The notes: generated from the letters alone by a model not told the origin. A stretch of DNA of 28,812 nucleotides from Spirochaetaceae bacterium (GCA_003554375.1 PWGF01000366.1:1-28812), one strand, 5' to 3'; counted from the first letter of the stretch, positions 1 to 8,118 are shown. Made by a program: numbers and translations.

Positions 1-337
1 CCCGTTGGGACAGATAGATCGCTTCAGCGAAGAAAACCGGGTAGAGAAGTTGAACGTAGAAGACCCGAACGAAGCCGAGCGGCTCGCGCCGGTACGGCCG
101 ACACGCACGGATGACGACAAGAACAACAAGGCCGATCAGAACGAACACCAGCGTAGCCGCCAGATTGCGGTCAACCGTTACTCCCAGCACCGATCGGTAA
201 TCGGTTCTCGCGAAAGCCACGTTGAGCAACGCGAAGTAGCCGGTAAGCGATATCACGAGGAGATCGAGCCGTCGCACACGCCTCTCACTCGAACCTCGCG
301 CAACCTTATCCCGGTCAGCCATTCGCTGTTCAGCCAT
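1..337 (-). CDS. Partial integral membrane protein of unknown function; N-terminus inside the window, C-terminus beyond position 1
   Basis: The reverse-strand frame from ATG at 337 (second in-frame ATG at 322) is open to the window edge, so the ORF track does not list it. It encodes MAEQRMADRDKVARGSSERRVRRLDLLVISLTGYFALLNVAF...LAATLVFVLIGLVVLVVI, which has two clear hydrophobic TM-like segments. An AGGAGG-like SD (reverse complement of 347-352) lies upstream. The listed plus-strand ORF 5..343 encodes a highly charged, low-complexity peptide instead. Confidence 0.45.
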   Translation of the reverse strand, partial: MAEQRMADRDKVARGSSERRVRRLDLLVISLTGYFALLNVAFARTDYRSVLGVTVDRNLAATLVFVLIGLVVLVVIRACRPYRREPLGFVRVFYVQLLYPVFFAEAIYLSQR

Positions 338-492
338 CGCTGACAGATCCTCCTTCGAATCGACGCCGATGCCGCTCGACTTCCACTCGTCGCCCACCGG
401 CCTGGTGTGCTACCCTTTTATCCCACGGACGGGCTGCGAGAACAAGCAGTCGCATACCGTGCGCACGCAGACACGAGGCGGAATACCAGCCC

Positions 493-1371
493 ATGACCAT
501 AGAGTTGCTGTACGAAGACGAGCATTGTCTCGTCGTGGACAAACCGGCCGGGCTCATGATGCATCCCAACGAGTACGATCGGCGAAGCCCCACCCTCGTG
601 TCGCGCTTGCAGCGAGCACGAGGTCACAAAATCTACACCGTCCATCGACTGGACCGAAAGACCTCAGGGACTCTGTTGATTGCGAAGAACGAAGAAGCTG
701 CTCGGGCCTTCGGAGCGCTGTTCACCTCCCGCGCCCTCCGTAAGCGATACTTGGCCCTGGTACGGGGATACGCACCGTGTGAAGCTCGCATCGACAAGAG
801 CATCCGGCAGAAGAAACACGGTCGCCAGGTTCCCGCAATCACGGACTTCCGGTGCATTGCACGCGCAGAGCTTCCCGAGCCGGTTCCGCCGCATCCGACC
901 GCCCGGTATTCGCTTCTGGAAATCGAGCTCGTTACCGGCCGCCGGCACCAGGCACGAAAACACCTGCAGTCGATATCACACCCGATTATCGGCGACAAAC
1001 AGTACGGGGATCGAAACCATAATGAGCTCTTCCAGGAGAAGCTTCAGGCCCCATTTATGTTCCTTCGCTCGGCGGAGCTCGCTTTCACGCATCCGTTTTC
1101 GGGGGAGCACCTTCAGATCGGTACCGGCATTCCGGCGGAGTGGCGAGCGATTTTCGGACGGATTCAGCTGGCCGAACCCGAGTCATATGCCGCGCCATAC
1201 GTATCCGCGCTTCCTCCTTACGTACCCGGGGAGCCGGCCCCGTTGATAGAGGCTCCCCGGCTCATTATCAAGCGCGCTTACGACGGGAGTTCATCCTACG
1301 TTCGCCCGTACGACGGCAAACGCGATGAGAAAGCCCCCCGGCCTGCCAAAAAAGAGCAAGAATACCGTTGA
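493..1371 (+). CDS. RluA-family 23S rRNA/tRNA pseudouridine synthase with a Pro/Tyr-rich C-terminal tail of about 90 aa
   Basis: It carries the catalytic motif HRLDRKTSG and the IIGDKQYG motif typical of the RluA family. The N-terminus has the pattern CLVVDKPAGLMMHP. Confidence 0.88.
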   Translation: MTIELLYEDEHCLVVDKPAGLMMHPNEYDRRSPTLVSRLQRARGHKIYTVHRLDRKTSGTLLIAKNEEAARAFGALFTSRALRKRYLALVRGYAPCEARIDKSIRQKKHGRQVPAITDFRCIARAELPEPVPPHPTARYSLLEIELVTGRRHQARKHLQSISHPIIGDKQYGDRNHNELFQEKLQAPFMFLRSAELAFTHPFSGEHLQIGTGIPAEWRAIFGRIQLAEPESYAAPYVSALPPYVPGEPAPLIEAPRLIIKRAYDGSSSYVRPYDGKRDEKAPRPAKKEQEYR

Positions 1372-1396
1372 CAGCTCCGCGATTCCAACGTAGGGT
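1368..1396 (+). promoter_or_regulatory. Candidate sigma70-type promoter of the sugar ABC locus
   Basis: A -35 TTGACA at 1368-1373 and a weak -10 TAGGGT at 1391-1396 are separated by a 17-bp spacer. Confidence 0.35.
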
Positions 1397-1405
1397 AGAT
1401 ATTGG

Positions 1406-1436
1406 GTGAAAACCGGTTTTCTAAATCGGTTTACAC
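1406..1436 (+). promoter_or_regulatory. Tandem LacI-type operator candidates
   Basis: A perfect 14-bp palindrome GAAAACCGGTTTTC lies at 1408-1421 with a central CCGG. A degenerate second copy AAATCGGTTT follows at 1423-1432. Both sit between the candidate -10 and the SD of the binding-protein gene. Confidence 0.5.
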
Positions 1437-1474
1437 CTCAGGGAAATTCCCGACAATACCGTAAGGAGGTACCA

Positions 1475-2716
1475 ATGAGACGTATAGGTATCCTTTGTCT
1501 CGTTTTGATGGTGGTCGGTGCGTTCGGCGCATTCGCCAACGGTCAGCAGGAAGTCGAAGGCCTGGTAGAGTTCGATCTCTGGACTCAGGCGGACGAAGCA
1601 ACCAATGAGCTGCCGTACCTGGAGTCACTGGTAGAGGAGTACATGGAGGAGAACGATCTCGTCTCCATCGATGTGGCGGACATGGGGACGGAGGATCTCC
1701 GCGAGGACTTCCAGACTGCCAGTATCGCCGGTGAGGCGCCGGAGCTCCTGTGGACCGTAAACGACCACGCTGGTCCGTTTACCCTGGCCCGCATCATCCA
1801 GCCGATCGACGACATCTGGGAGCCCATCGGAGACAATCTCGTGGAGCCGGAGGTTCTTGACGATCAGGTGTACGGCATCCCGATCACTTCGGGGAACCAT
1901 CTGATGCTGATGTACAACAAGCAGTATATGGATGAGCCTCCGCAGGACACCGACGAGTTCAAGCAGATGGCCCAGGACATTGCGGATGAGCACGGCGTTC
2001 ACGGCTTCTCCTATAACGCAACGGAGCCGTTCTGGCTCGTTCCGTGGCTTGGCGGCTTCGGTGGAGAGGTCTTTGCCGCTGACGGCGTAACGCCGACCCT
2101 CGATACTCCGGAAATGGTACAGACCCTCGAGTTCCTGTACGAGATCCAGCACGAGTGGGACTTCATGCCGGCAGAACCGGATGCAGACACCACGGACAGC
2201 CTCTTCCAGGAGGGCGAGGTTGCCATGATCATCTCCGGTGACTGGGCGATCGGAAGCTACGAAGACGAGCTCGGCGATGACTTCGGCGTCGCCCGGATCC
2301 CGCGGGTGAGCGAGACCGGTGAGTGGCCTCAGCCCTACACCAGCGGCAAGTACTGGATGGTAGCCAACCATGTCGAGGGTGAAACTCGCGAGATAATCGA
2401 GGACTTCATCCACTGGTCGCTGACCGAGGAGCGTCAGCTCGAGCTGACGCAGACGGTCGGTGCCCTCCCGGCGCACGTCGATGTACTCGATCATCCGGAG
2501 ATCACCGAGGACCCGATCCTCGCAGGAAGCGCTTCGCAGCTCGAGGTCGGCACCCCGATGCCTTCGGTACCTCAGATGCGGGCCAACTGGGACGCCATGC
2601 GGGTCGAGATGAACCTCGTGCTCGCAGACGACAAGGATCCTGCACAGGCGGCAGCCGACATGCAGCAAGGCGCCGAAGCGGCCATCGAGGACATGGACAT
2701 CGATGATCAACTGTAG
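1475..2716 (+). CDS. malE: Maltose/maltodextrin-type extracellular solute-binding protein (ABC CUT1 family), very acidic, with a signal peptide
   Basis: SD AAGGAGG at 1463-1469 precedes ATG 1475, giving MRRIGILCLVLMVVGAFGAFA as a signal peptide. Segments align by eye with E. coli MalE: WTVNDHAGPF matches FWAHDRFGGY, EPFWLVPWLGGFGG matches EPYFTWPLIAADGG, GEVAMIISGDWA matches GETAMTINGPWA, and PMPSVPQMRANWDAMR matches IMPNIPQMSAFWYAVR. The track's GTG start at 1406 would lie inside the promoter/operator region. Confidence 0.85.
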   Translation: MRRIGILCLVLMVVGAFGAFANGQQEVEGLVEFDLWTQADEATNELPYLESLVEEYMEENDLVSIDVADMGTEDLREDFQTASIAGEAPELLWTVNDHAGPFTLARIIQPIDDIWEPIGDNLVEPEVLDDQVYGIPITSGNHLMLMYNKQYMDEPPQDTDEFKQMAQDIADEHGVHGFSYNATEPFWLVPWLGGFGGEVFAADGVTPTLDTPEMVQTLEFLYEIQHEWDFMPAEPDADTTDSLFQEGEVAMIISGDWAIGSYEDELGDDFGVARIPRVSETGEWPQPYTSGKYWMVANHVEGETREIIEDFIHWSLTEERQLELTQTVGALPAHVDVLDHPEITEDPILAGSASQLEVGTPMPSVPQMRANWDAMRVEMNLVLADDKDPAQAAADMQQGAEAAIEDMDIDDQL

Positions 2717-2806
2717 TTAACTCTTGATGCTCCGTACGGTGCGCGCCCATGACCTTCGTCGGAGGCGGGCGCGCGCCTTCGTTCTTTTCTTCCTTAGGGG
2801 GTAACA

Positions 2807-3850
2807 ATGGAGAGGTTTACGCTCGGCTTCGTTATATCGAGTTTGGAAGAAGCGGGCAGTATTATCCTCGGCATCGTGCTCGTCGTGGTACTCCTTCAGG
2901 TCATAGCCTACGTGGTACTCCACCACGGTCTGAAGGCGCGCTTGGCACTGCCGCTCACGCTGCTCGTTCCGGCCGCGGTAGGTTTGGCCGTGCTTACCGG
3001 CTACCCGCTGCTGTACAATGTCTGGCTCGCTTTCACGAACATGAGCCTACAGCACATTTCGCCGCACGTAGATCCTGATTTTGGAGTGGGCCAATTCATC
3101 GCCAACATACGCCGGGTATTCACCCGTCCGGTTCTCCATTCGGAGCATTTCTTCCCCGTTTTCGGCCGGACGGTTGCGTACACGGCGTTACAGGTCACCT
3201 TTCACGTGTCGATCGGCCTGTTCCTGGCCATGTGCCTCAACCGGCGCATGAAGCTGCGTGGAATCTATCGAACGCTCATTCTCATCCCGTGGGCGATCCC
3301 GCAAATCGTAGCGGTGCTGACGTGGCGGACTGAGTTCCATTTCCAGTACGGCTTCGTGAACATCCTGCTCCGCAACTTCGGACACTCCGGGTTTTTCTGG
3401 CTCTCAGACCGGATGACCAACTGGATCGCCTTCAACCTCGTCAACATCTGGCTGGGCGTCCCCTTTATGAGTGTGATCCTCCTTGGCGGGCTCCAAAGTA
3501 TCGATCCCAACTACTACGAAGCGGCGGAAATCGACGGCGCCACCTGGAGGCAGCGATTCCGCAATATCACACTCCCAATGATAAGACCGGTCCTCACCCC
3601 TGCGGCGATTCTCGGTTGGATTTGGACGTTCAACATGTTCAATGTTCCCTACTTCATTAACGCCCGGAACTTCGAGAGCTCGGACATCTTAGTCACAGCG
3701 CTCTTCAGGGCGGCGTTTGAATACAATCGATACGGTTTCGCGGCTGCGTTCTCAATAGTGGTGTTCGTGATCCTACTGATATTCACCGTCTTCTACGTCA
3801 AAATCTCCGGTCTGGAGCTAACGAAGAAGGCCAGTCAGAAGATGAAGTGA
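2807..3850 (+). CDS. ABC sugar transporter permease, MalF-like (CUT1)
   Basis: The protein is multi-TM and carries an EAA-loop motif (YYEAAEIDGATWRQRFRNITLPMIRP). A GGGGG/GAGG SD precedes the ATG. It sits directly after the binding-protein gene. Confidence 0.85.
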   Translation: MERFTLGFVISSLEEAGSIILGIVLVVVLLQVIAYVVLHHGLKARLALPLTLLVPAAVGLAVLTGYPLLYNVWLAFTNMSLQHISPHVDPDFGVGQFIANIRRVFTRPVLHSEHFFPVFGRTVAYTALQVTFHVSIGLFLAMCLNRRMKLRGIYRTLILIPWAIPQIVAVLTWRTEFHFQYGFVNILLRNFGHSGFFWLSDRMTNWIAFNLVNIWLGVPFMSVILLGGLQSIDPNYYEAAEIDGATWRQRFRNITLPMIRPVLTPAAILGWIWTFNMFNVPYFINARNFESSDILVTALFRAAFEYNRYGFAAAFSIVVFVILLIFTVFYVKISGLELTKKASQKMK

Positions 3851-3862
3851 GGGAGGCGAGTT

Positions 3863-4801
3863 ATGAGTAGCAGTCATCAAGTCATATCCCACGGTTCACC
3901 CCTTTCGCCGCCCACCAGAAGGGAGCTCATCGCTCGCCACGGCTTCTTCAACTGGTTCTTCCGGACTGCACGAGGAGACGCACCGTATCAGCGCGTGCTG
4001 ATCCATCTGGTGTTGATCGCGGCGTGTGTTATCACCGTCTATCCGCTAACACGCATTCTCTCTGTTTCGCTCCGGCCTGGAGACGCTCTTCTGAGCACCA
4101 CCATGGAAGTTATCCCGGAGAATGCGACGTTTGCCGCGTACTACAACGTCATCGTCCAGCGTGAATTCCTCATTTGGATATGGAACTCGATCATCGTGGC
4201 ACTCAGCGGCTCGTTCATTGGCGTAGCCATTGCGGCAACTGGTGCATATGCGTTCTCACGCTGGGACTTCCCCCTGAAGGTTCCCGCGCTTATCTTTTTG
4301 CTGTGCACCCAGATGATTCCGGCGCCAATGATGGTCGTTCCCATCTACATCATCGCAGCCAACCTCGGCATTTTGAACTCGTGGATTGGGATTATCGTCG
4401 CCTATTCGGTACAGTCGACGCCGTTCAGTATCTGGATTCTCAAGGGCTACTACGACACGGTTCCGTACGAGCTGGAGCAGCAGGCAATGGTGGACGGCTC
4501 CAGCCACTTAGGAGCGTTCTACCGGATAATCCTTCCGCTTTCGACGCCGGCACTGGCAATCGCGTTCTTGTTTAACTTCACCCAGGCGTGGAACGACTGG
4601 GTATTGGCGCGAGTTATGCTTACGAACGACCTCTATTACACGTGGCCTTTGGGCGTAAACCGCCTCCAGGGCCAATTCACAACCCTGTGGTCCGAGTTCT
4701 ATGCCGCCTCGTTTATGATCTCGATTCCGGTTCTGGCGCTCTTCCTCGCGTCGTCCCGGTTCTTGATCTCAGGCCTGACCCTGGGCTCCGTGAAGGACTG
4801 A
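3863..4801 (+). CDS. ABC sugar transporter permease, MalG-like (CUT1)
   Basis: GYYDTVPYELEQQAMVDGSSHLGAFYRIILPLSTPALA matches the MalG EAA region ([38 protein letters not shown]). SD GGGAGG at 3850-3856 precedes ATG 3863. The gap to the upstream permease is 12 bp. Confidence 0.85.
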   Translation: MSSSHQVISHGSPLSPPTRRELIARHGFFNWFFRTARGDAPYQRVLIHLVLIAACVITVYPLTRILSVSLRPGDALLSTTMEVIPENATFAAYYNVIVQREFLIWIWNSIIVALSGSFIGVAIAATGAYAFSRWDFPLKVPALIFLLCTQMIPAPMMVVPIYIIAANLGILNSWIGIIVAYSVQSTPFSIWILKGYYDTVPYELEQQAMVDGSSHLGAFYRIILPLSTPALAIAFLFNFTQAWNDWVLARVMLTNDLYYTWPLGVNRLQGQFTTLWSEFYAASFMISIPVLALFLASSRFLISGLTLGSVKD

Positions 4802-4814
4802 CGGTGCTCGGAAC

Positions 4815-4929
4815 CGGCATGTATTGGGGATGCTCAAGGGCCGTTGGCTGTCACTTCGGTGAAGCATCTACTGTGGGGGAGTAAGCAAGCAACATGCCGC
4901 GCGGCTTTCCTTCGGTGAGTTCGCGCGGC
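4815..4929 (+). other. Candidate structured RNA element with mutually exclusive helices (riboswitch-like, terminator/attenuator-like)
   Basis: An outer 8-bp helix pairs CGGCATGT (4815-4822) with ACATGCCG (4892-4899). It encloses an inner helix GATGCT (4829-4834) paired with AGCATC (4863-4868), and a UUCG tetraloop hairpin TCAC-TTCG-GTGA (4851-4862). A competing hairpin GCCGCGCG (4896-4903) pairs with CGCGCGGC (4922-4929), and its 5' arm overlaps the 3' arm of the outer helix. The motif CTTCGGTGA occurs twice, at 4854-4862 and 4910-4918. Confidence 0.3.
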
Positions 4930-5001
4930 TCCCTTGTCACCTTATGTTTCGAATAGCTCGGCGTCGCAGGTGTCCGCGCCTCCGACGCCCACGACGGGAA
5001 G

Positions 5002-6072
5002 ATGCCCATGCGTGTGACCATAAACGATATCGCCGAGTTAGCGGGCGTCTCCAAAACGACCGTTTCGTTTGCGTTCAACGATCCGAAGCGCATCTCCGCT
5101 GCTACGCGGGAGCGAATCCTGACGATCGCTGAGGAGTTCGGGTATGTGCCCGATCCCGTCGCTCGCACCATGTCGTCTAAGCGACTCGGTACGATTGGAT
5201 TCCTCGTCCCACAGAATCTCTCCATTGCCTTTCAGAACCCCTACATGGGTGAGATCCTGCGAGGCATCGGGGCAACATGCGAACCTCATGCACTCTCTAT
5301 TACCGTGATTCCCCCCGTGGAGGGCTCGCTTCAGAAGAGTGTTCGGAGCGCCGCGGTCGATGGACTGGTCACTCTTGGGCTTCTTCCGACCACGGAAACT
5401 GCCCGTACAATCCGCCAACGCCATATCCCGTTCGTCACCATCGACGGTGGTGACGACAGCGACATTCCTACCGTAAACGTACAGGACCAGGAAGCTGCGT
5501 ATACCGTCATGCGCCACATTCTGAATCTCGGACATCGCGAAATCGGCATTCTGGACCTCGGCCCCACGCACGATACGGAAGTCGAGCACGGCATAGACAC
5601 AAGTGGGTCGCACTACTCAGGGATCGGGGAGCGGCGAGATGCGGGCTACGCGCAGGCCCTCACCGAGTACGGTCTGTCCATCGATTCCCCTTCGATTCGC
5701 CGGGTCTACGGCCACGCTTCGCGGGACGGGGCCATACGGGCAGCCGTGGATTTGGTCGATCGACCCGATCGACCGACCGCTGTCGTAGCAATGAGCGACC
5801 TTATGGCCTTGGGCGTCTATCACGTAGCTCACCATCGCGGAATCCGAATTCCGGAGGAGCTCTCCGTTGCCGGCTTTGACGATATCCCGGCAGCGGAACT
5901 GGTACGGCCACCCCTTACAACGCTGTCCCAGCCGGGAAGTGAAAAGGGGCGCCAGGCCGCTACCGTCCTGTTGGATCTCCTGAACGGTCGCCCTCCGAAG
6001 TCTTTCGTCACTTACATCGACACACAGTTAATCGTTCGGGAGTCTACCGCTCCCCCTGCCGACGCCCTCTGA
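5002..6072 (+). CDS. LacI-family transcriptional regulator, likely repressor of the adjacent sugar ABC locus
   Basis: The N-terminal HTH (VTINDIAELAGVSKTTVSFAFNDPKRISAATRERILTIAEEFGYVPDPVARTM) is the LacI/PurR signature, followed by a periplasmic-binding-protein-like core. An alternative start is ATG 5008. Confidence 0.85.
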   Translation: MPMRVTINDIAELAGVSKTTVSFAFNDPKRISAATRERILTIAEEFGYVPDPVARTMSSKRLGTIGFLVPQNLSIAFQNPYMGEILRGIGATCEPHALSITVIPPVEGSLQKSVRSAAVDGLVTLGLLPTTETARTIRQRHIPFVTIDGGDDSDIPTVNVQDQEAAYTVMRHILNLGHREIGILDLGPTHDTEVEHGIDTSGSHYSGIGERRDAGYAQALTEYGLSIDSPSIRRVYGHASRDGAIRAAVDLVDRPDRPTAVVAMSDLMALGVYHVAHHRGIRIPEELSVAGFDDIPAAELVRPPLTTLSQPGSEKGRQAATVLLDLLNGRPPKSFVTYIDTQLIVRESTAPPADAL

Positions 6073-6204
6073 ATAGACCGTTCCATTCGGGGCGGCTTGG
6101 TCCGGGGCCACGCCCAGATTCTGAGGAGGAAGTATGAAAAGCACCCCGGGCAGAGAACAACAATCTTCGCCTCACGCCCCTGTTGGCGCGGAAACGCAGC
6201 ACTC

Positions 6205-6249
6205 ACCCCCCGGGCTTCGCCGTGTACCCCCGGGCTCACCCCCGGGCTT
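6205..6249. repeat. Three direct copies of ACCCCCGGGCT(T/C), each containing a SmaI palindrome
   Basis: Copies lie at 6205-6217, 6226-6237 and 6238-6249, the last two in tandem. The block overlaps the 3' end of the HAD gene on the minus strand. Confidence 0.6.
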
Positions 6250-7027
6250 TGCCGCGTAATCGCTCGGAGGGCTCCCGGTCCCTCCCGGCTTCCGCACCTT
6301 TCGCATGGCCGGACACGCACTCGAATATGCCGCCCCATCGCGCCCCTCTTCCACGGCGGTCCGCTTGGATCACGCCGGCTCGTCGCCCGGCCAGCTGGAG
6401 TGCCTCCCGCACCTCCTGTACCGAACTGGCCACAAAGTCGACGCCCGATTCCTCCAGAACATCGGCCCGCTCGTAGCCCCACGTTACCGCGATCATGGGC
6501 ACTCCGGCCGCCCGACTCGCGGTCACATCTCGCACTTCGTCGCCCATGTAGATCGGGAGCCGGCCACGCTTTCGAGCTTCCCGCGCAGCTCGAGCGATGA
6601 AGCGTCGCTTCGGAAGCAAGCTTGCGGAGATGATGCCGCCGAAGCAACAGAGCTCATGTGCCGCAAGCGCCATCTCGACGTTTCGCCGAGCATTGGATGT
6701 TACAATCGACAGGTGACAGCCTTCCTCGCAAAGCTCTCTGATAAGCTGGGGGACTCCCTCGTACGGAGGAAACTGCGTGGCGTTTCGCCGGTACACCTCA
6801 GACACGTCCAGCCAGAGACTCGGCACCCGCCAAAACGGAATACCGAGGGTGCGAATCCGCTGCCAGATGCCGAGCTGCATCAACTCAGCCTGCTCCTGTC
6901 TGGTCAGTCTTCGCCCGAGGTACCGCTCGCTAATCCGCTCGTTTACTTCCGCCACCGCCGCACGCGAGTCGACGAGAGTTCCATCAAAGTCGCAGATGAG
7001 CTGTAACCGGCTCAGCCCATACTTCAC
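6236..7027 (-). CDS. HAD-superfamily hydrolase (phosphoglycolate phosphatase-like) with an about 40-aa Arg/Gly-rich C-terminal extension
   Basis: HAD motif I (ICDFDGTLVDS) is at the N-terminus, motif II (SIVTSN) follows, and motif IV-like GDEVRDV is present. The 3' tail runs into the ACCCCCGGGCT repeat block. Confidence 0.75.
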   Translation of the reverse strand: MKYGLSRLQLICDFDGTLVDSRAAVAEVNERISERYLGRRLTRQEQAELMQLGIWQRIRTLGIPFWRVPSLWLDVSEVYRRNATQFPPYEGVPQLIRELCEEGCHLSIVTSNARRNVEMALAAHELCCFGGIISASLLPKRRFIARAAREARKRGRLPIYMGDEVRDVTASRAAGVPMIAVTWGYERADVLEESGVDFVASSVQEVREALQLAGRRAGVIQADRRGRGARWGGIFECVSGHAKGAEAGRDREPSERLRGKARG

Positions 7028-7142
7028 AACACACCCTGCCTTTCAGTGGTTGGTACACGATATCTAGCGCGGGTACTCACTTCAACCCCTCGCACCAACT
7101 TTGCCGGAAATGTAAACTCAACCTTTTCGCGCCGGGCTTACT

Positions 7143-8006
7143 ATGTTAGTTTATGCCTATATGCAGGTTGAATTGTATTACCCGGTGACGATAGGGCCGA
7201 TAACGCTTCCGTACACGGCCCTTCTGCTGCTTGGTGCGGCTCTGGTCGGCTTTCTGGCAGTCTACGTCAAATTTCGAAGTGTACCGGACTCACGCCGTTT
7301 CGTCATGGACACCCTGACGGCGGCGCTTGCTGTCGGGCTCGGAGCATGGAAGCTTGCACCGATCGTTCTCAATCTCTCTGAGTTGTTTTCGGACCCTGTG
7401 TCGCTCCTGTTGCGCCCCGGCGGAACGGCCGGAGTTGTGGCCGGGGTTGGGGCCGGCGGAGCGGTCTTTTTCCTTCGGTCGGCGAAGCACAGAGCTCACC
7501 TGCCTGGATTGATCGTGGCTACTGTCACGTTTGGCATTGCGGGCACGCTTGCCGCCGGCGTAGGCTTGGTTGGTTCCGTTGCCGCAACCGAGGATGCGGA
7601 ACCGGCCCCGCCCTTCTCGGCGATGACGGTCGAGGGCGAAGAGTGGGACCTATCGGAGGAGGACGGCCCCGTTGTGCTCAATTTCTGGGCTACGTGGTGT
7701 GCTCCCTGCCGAGCCGAAAAAGACGTGAAGGCCCGAGCCCACCGGGAATGGGCAGACGAAGTACCAATTATCTCGGTGAATCTCACTCATACCGAGCAGT
7801 CTGCGGAAGCTGTCGCGGAGTTTGCCGCTGCCCATTCCCTCCCATACCCGGTGCTACTCGACGACACCGGGCGCATAACCCAACAGTACGGCGTGCGGGG
7901 CACGCCCACCACCTACGTGATCGACGATCGTGGGAGAATCGCCTTCCGGCGCCACGGCGCCATGAGCTGGAGTTGGCTGGATTCGCGCATCCGGCGCCTA
8001 CAGTAG
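7143..8006 (+). CDS. Membrane-anchored TlpA/ResA-like thiol-disulfide oxidoreductase (thioredoxin fold)
   Basis: Four N-terminal hydrophobic helices are followed by a thioredoxin domain with the WCAPC active site (VLNFWATWCAPCRAE) and a cis-Pro region (GTPTTYVID). The start could be ATG 7143 or 7161, and neither has a clear SD. Confidence 0.8.
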   Translation: MLVYAYMQVELYYPVTIGPITLPYTALLLLGAALVGFLAVYVKFRSVPDSRRFVMDTLTAALAVGLGAWKLAPIVLNLSELFSDPVSLLLRPGGTAGVVAGVGAGGAVFFLRSAKHRAHLPGLIVATVTFGIAGTLAAGVGLVGSVAATEDAEPAPPFSAMTVEGEEWDLSEEDGPVVLNFWATWCAPCRAEKDVKARAHREWADEVPIISVNLTHTEQSAEAVAEFAAAHSLPYPVLLDDTGRITQQYGVRGTPTTYVIDDRGRIAFRRHGAMSWSWLDSRIRRLQ

Positions 8007-8090
8007 CCCCGGGGGCGGCGTCTGCCGCCGGCGCCTTCTCCGGGCTGCTCCTCCGTGGCTCGCGCGTCTGAGTTACATTCCCGCTGAGAG

Positions 8091-8118
8091 CTTGCACTGT
8101 AGCCAAGAATCCATATGC
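8091..8118 (+). promoter_or_regulatory. Candidate promoter of the YjfB-like gene
   Basis: A -35-like TTGCAC at 8091-8096 and a -10-like TATGCT at 8113-8118 are separated by 16 bp. The region is AT-richer than its surroundings. Confidence 0.3.

Noticed and set aside
5-343. Plus-strand 112-aa ORF at the window start.
   Set aside because: It encodes a highly charged low-complexity peptide with no hydrophobic core. The opposite strand encodes a convincing TM protein with an upstream SD, so I preferred the minus-strand partial CDS.
350-362. TTCGAATC resembling a tRNA T-loop.
   Set aside because: There is no preceding G for a GTTCGAATC context and no acceptor-stem or anticodon-stem complementarity around it. 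I found no tRNA-like structure anywhere in the window.
1406-1474. GTG start at 1406 for the binding protein, as given in the ORF track.
   Set aside because: It would place the start inside the operator palindromes and lacks an SD. ATG 1475 has AAGGAGG 6 nt upstream and gives a canonical signal peptide.
1625-2710. 361-aa minus-strand ORF antisense to the MalE-like gene. Similar long antisense ORFs occur at 26165-27316, 17884-19044, 11029-11627 and 6305-7006.
   Set aside because: These are typical spurious open frames of a high-GC genome. They are Arg/Pro/Gly-rich with no motifs, and each is fully overlapped by a gene with clear family signatures.
6205-6249. Considered whether the ACCCCCGGGCT repeats are a CRISPR-like array.
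   Set aside because: There are only three 11 to 12-bp units with 0 to 8-bp spacers. There are no unique spacers of 25 to 40 bp and no cas genes.
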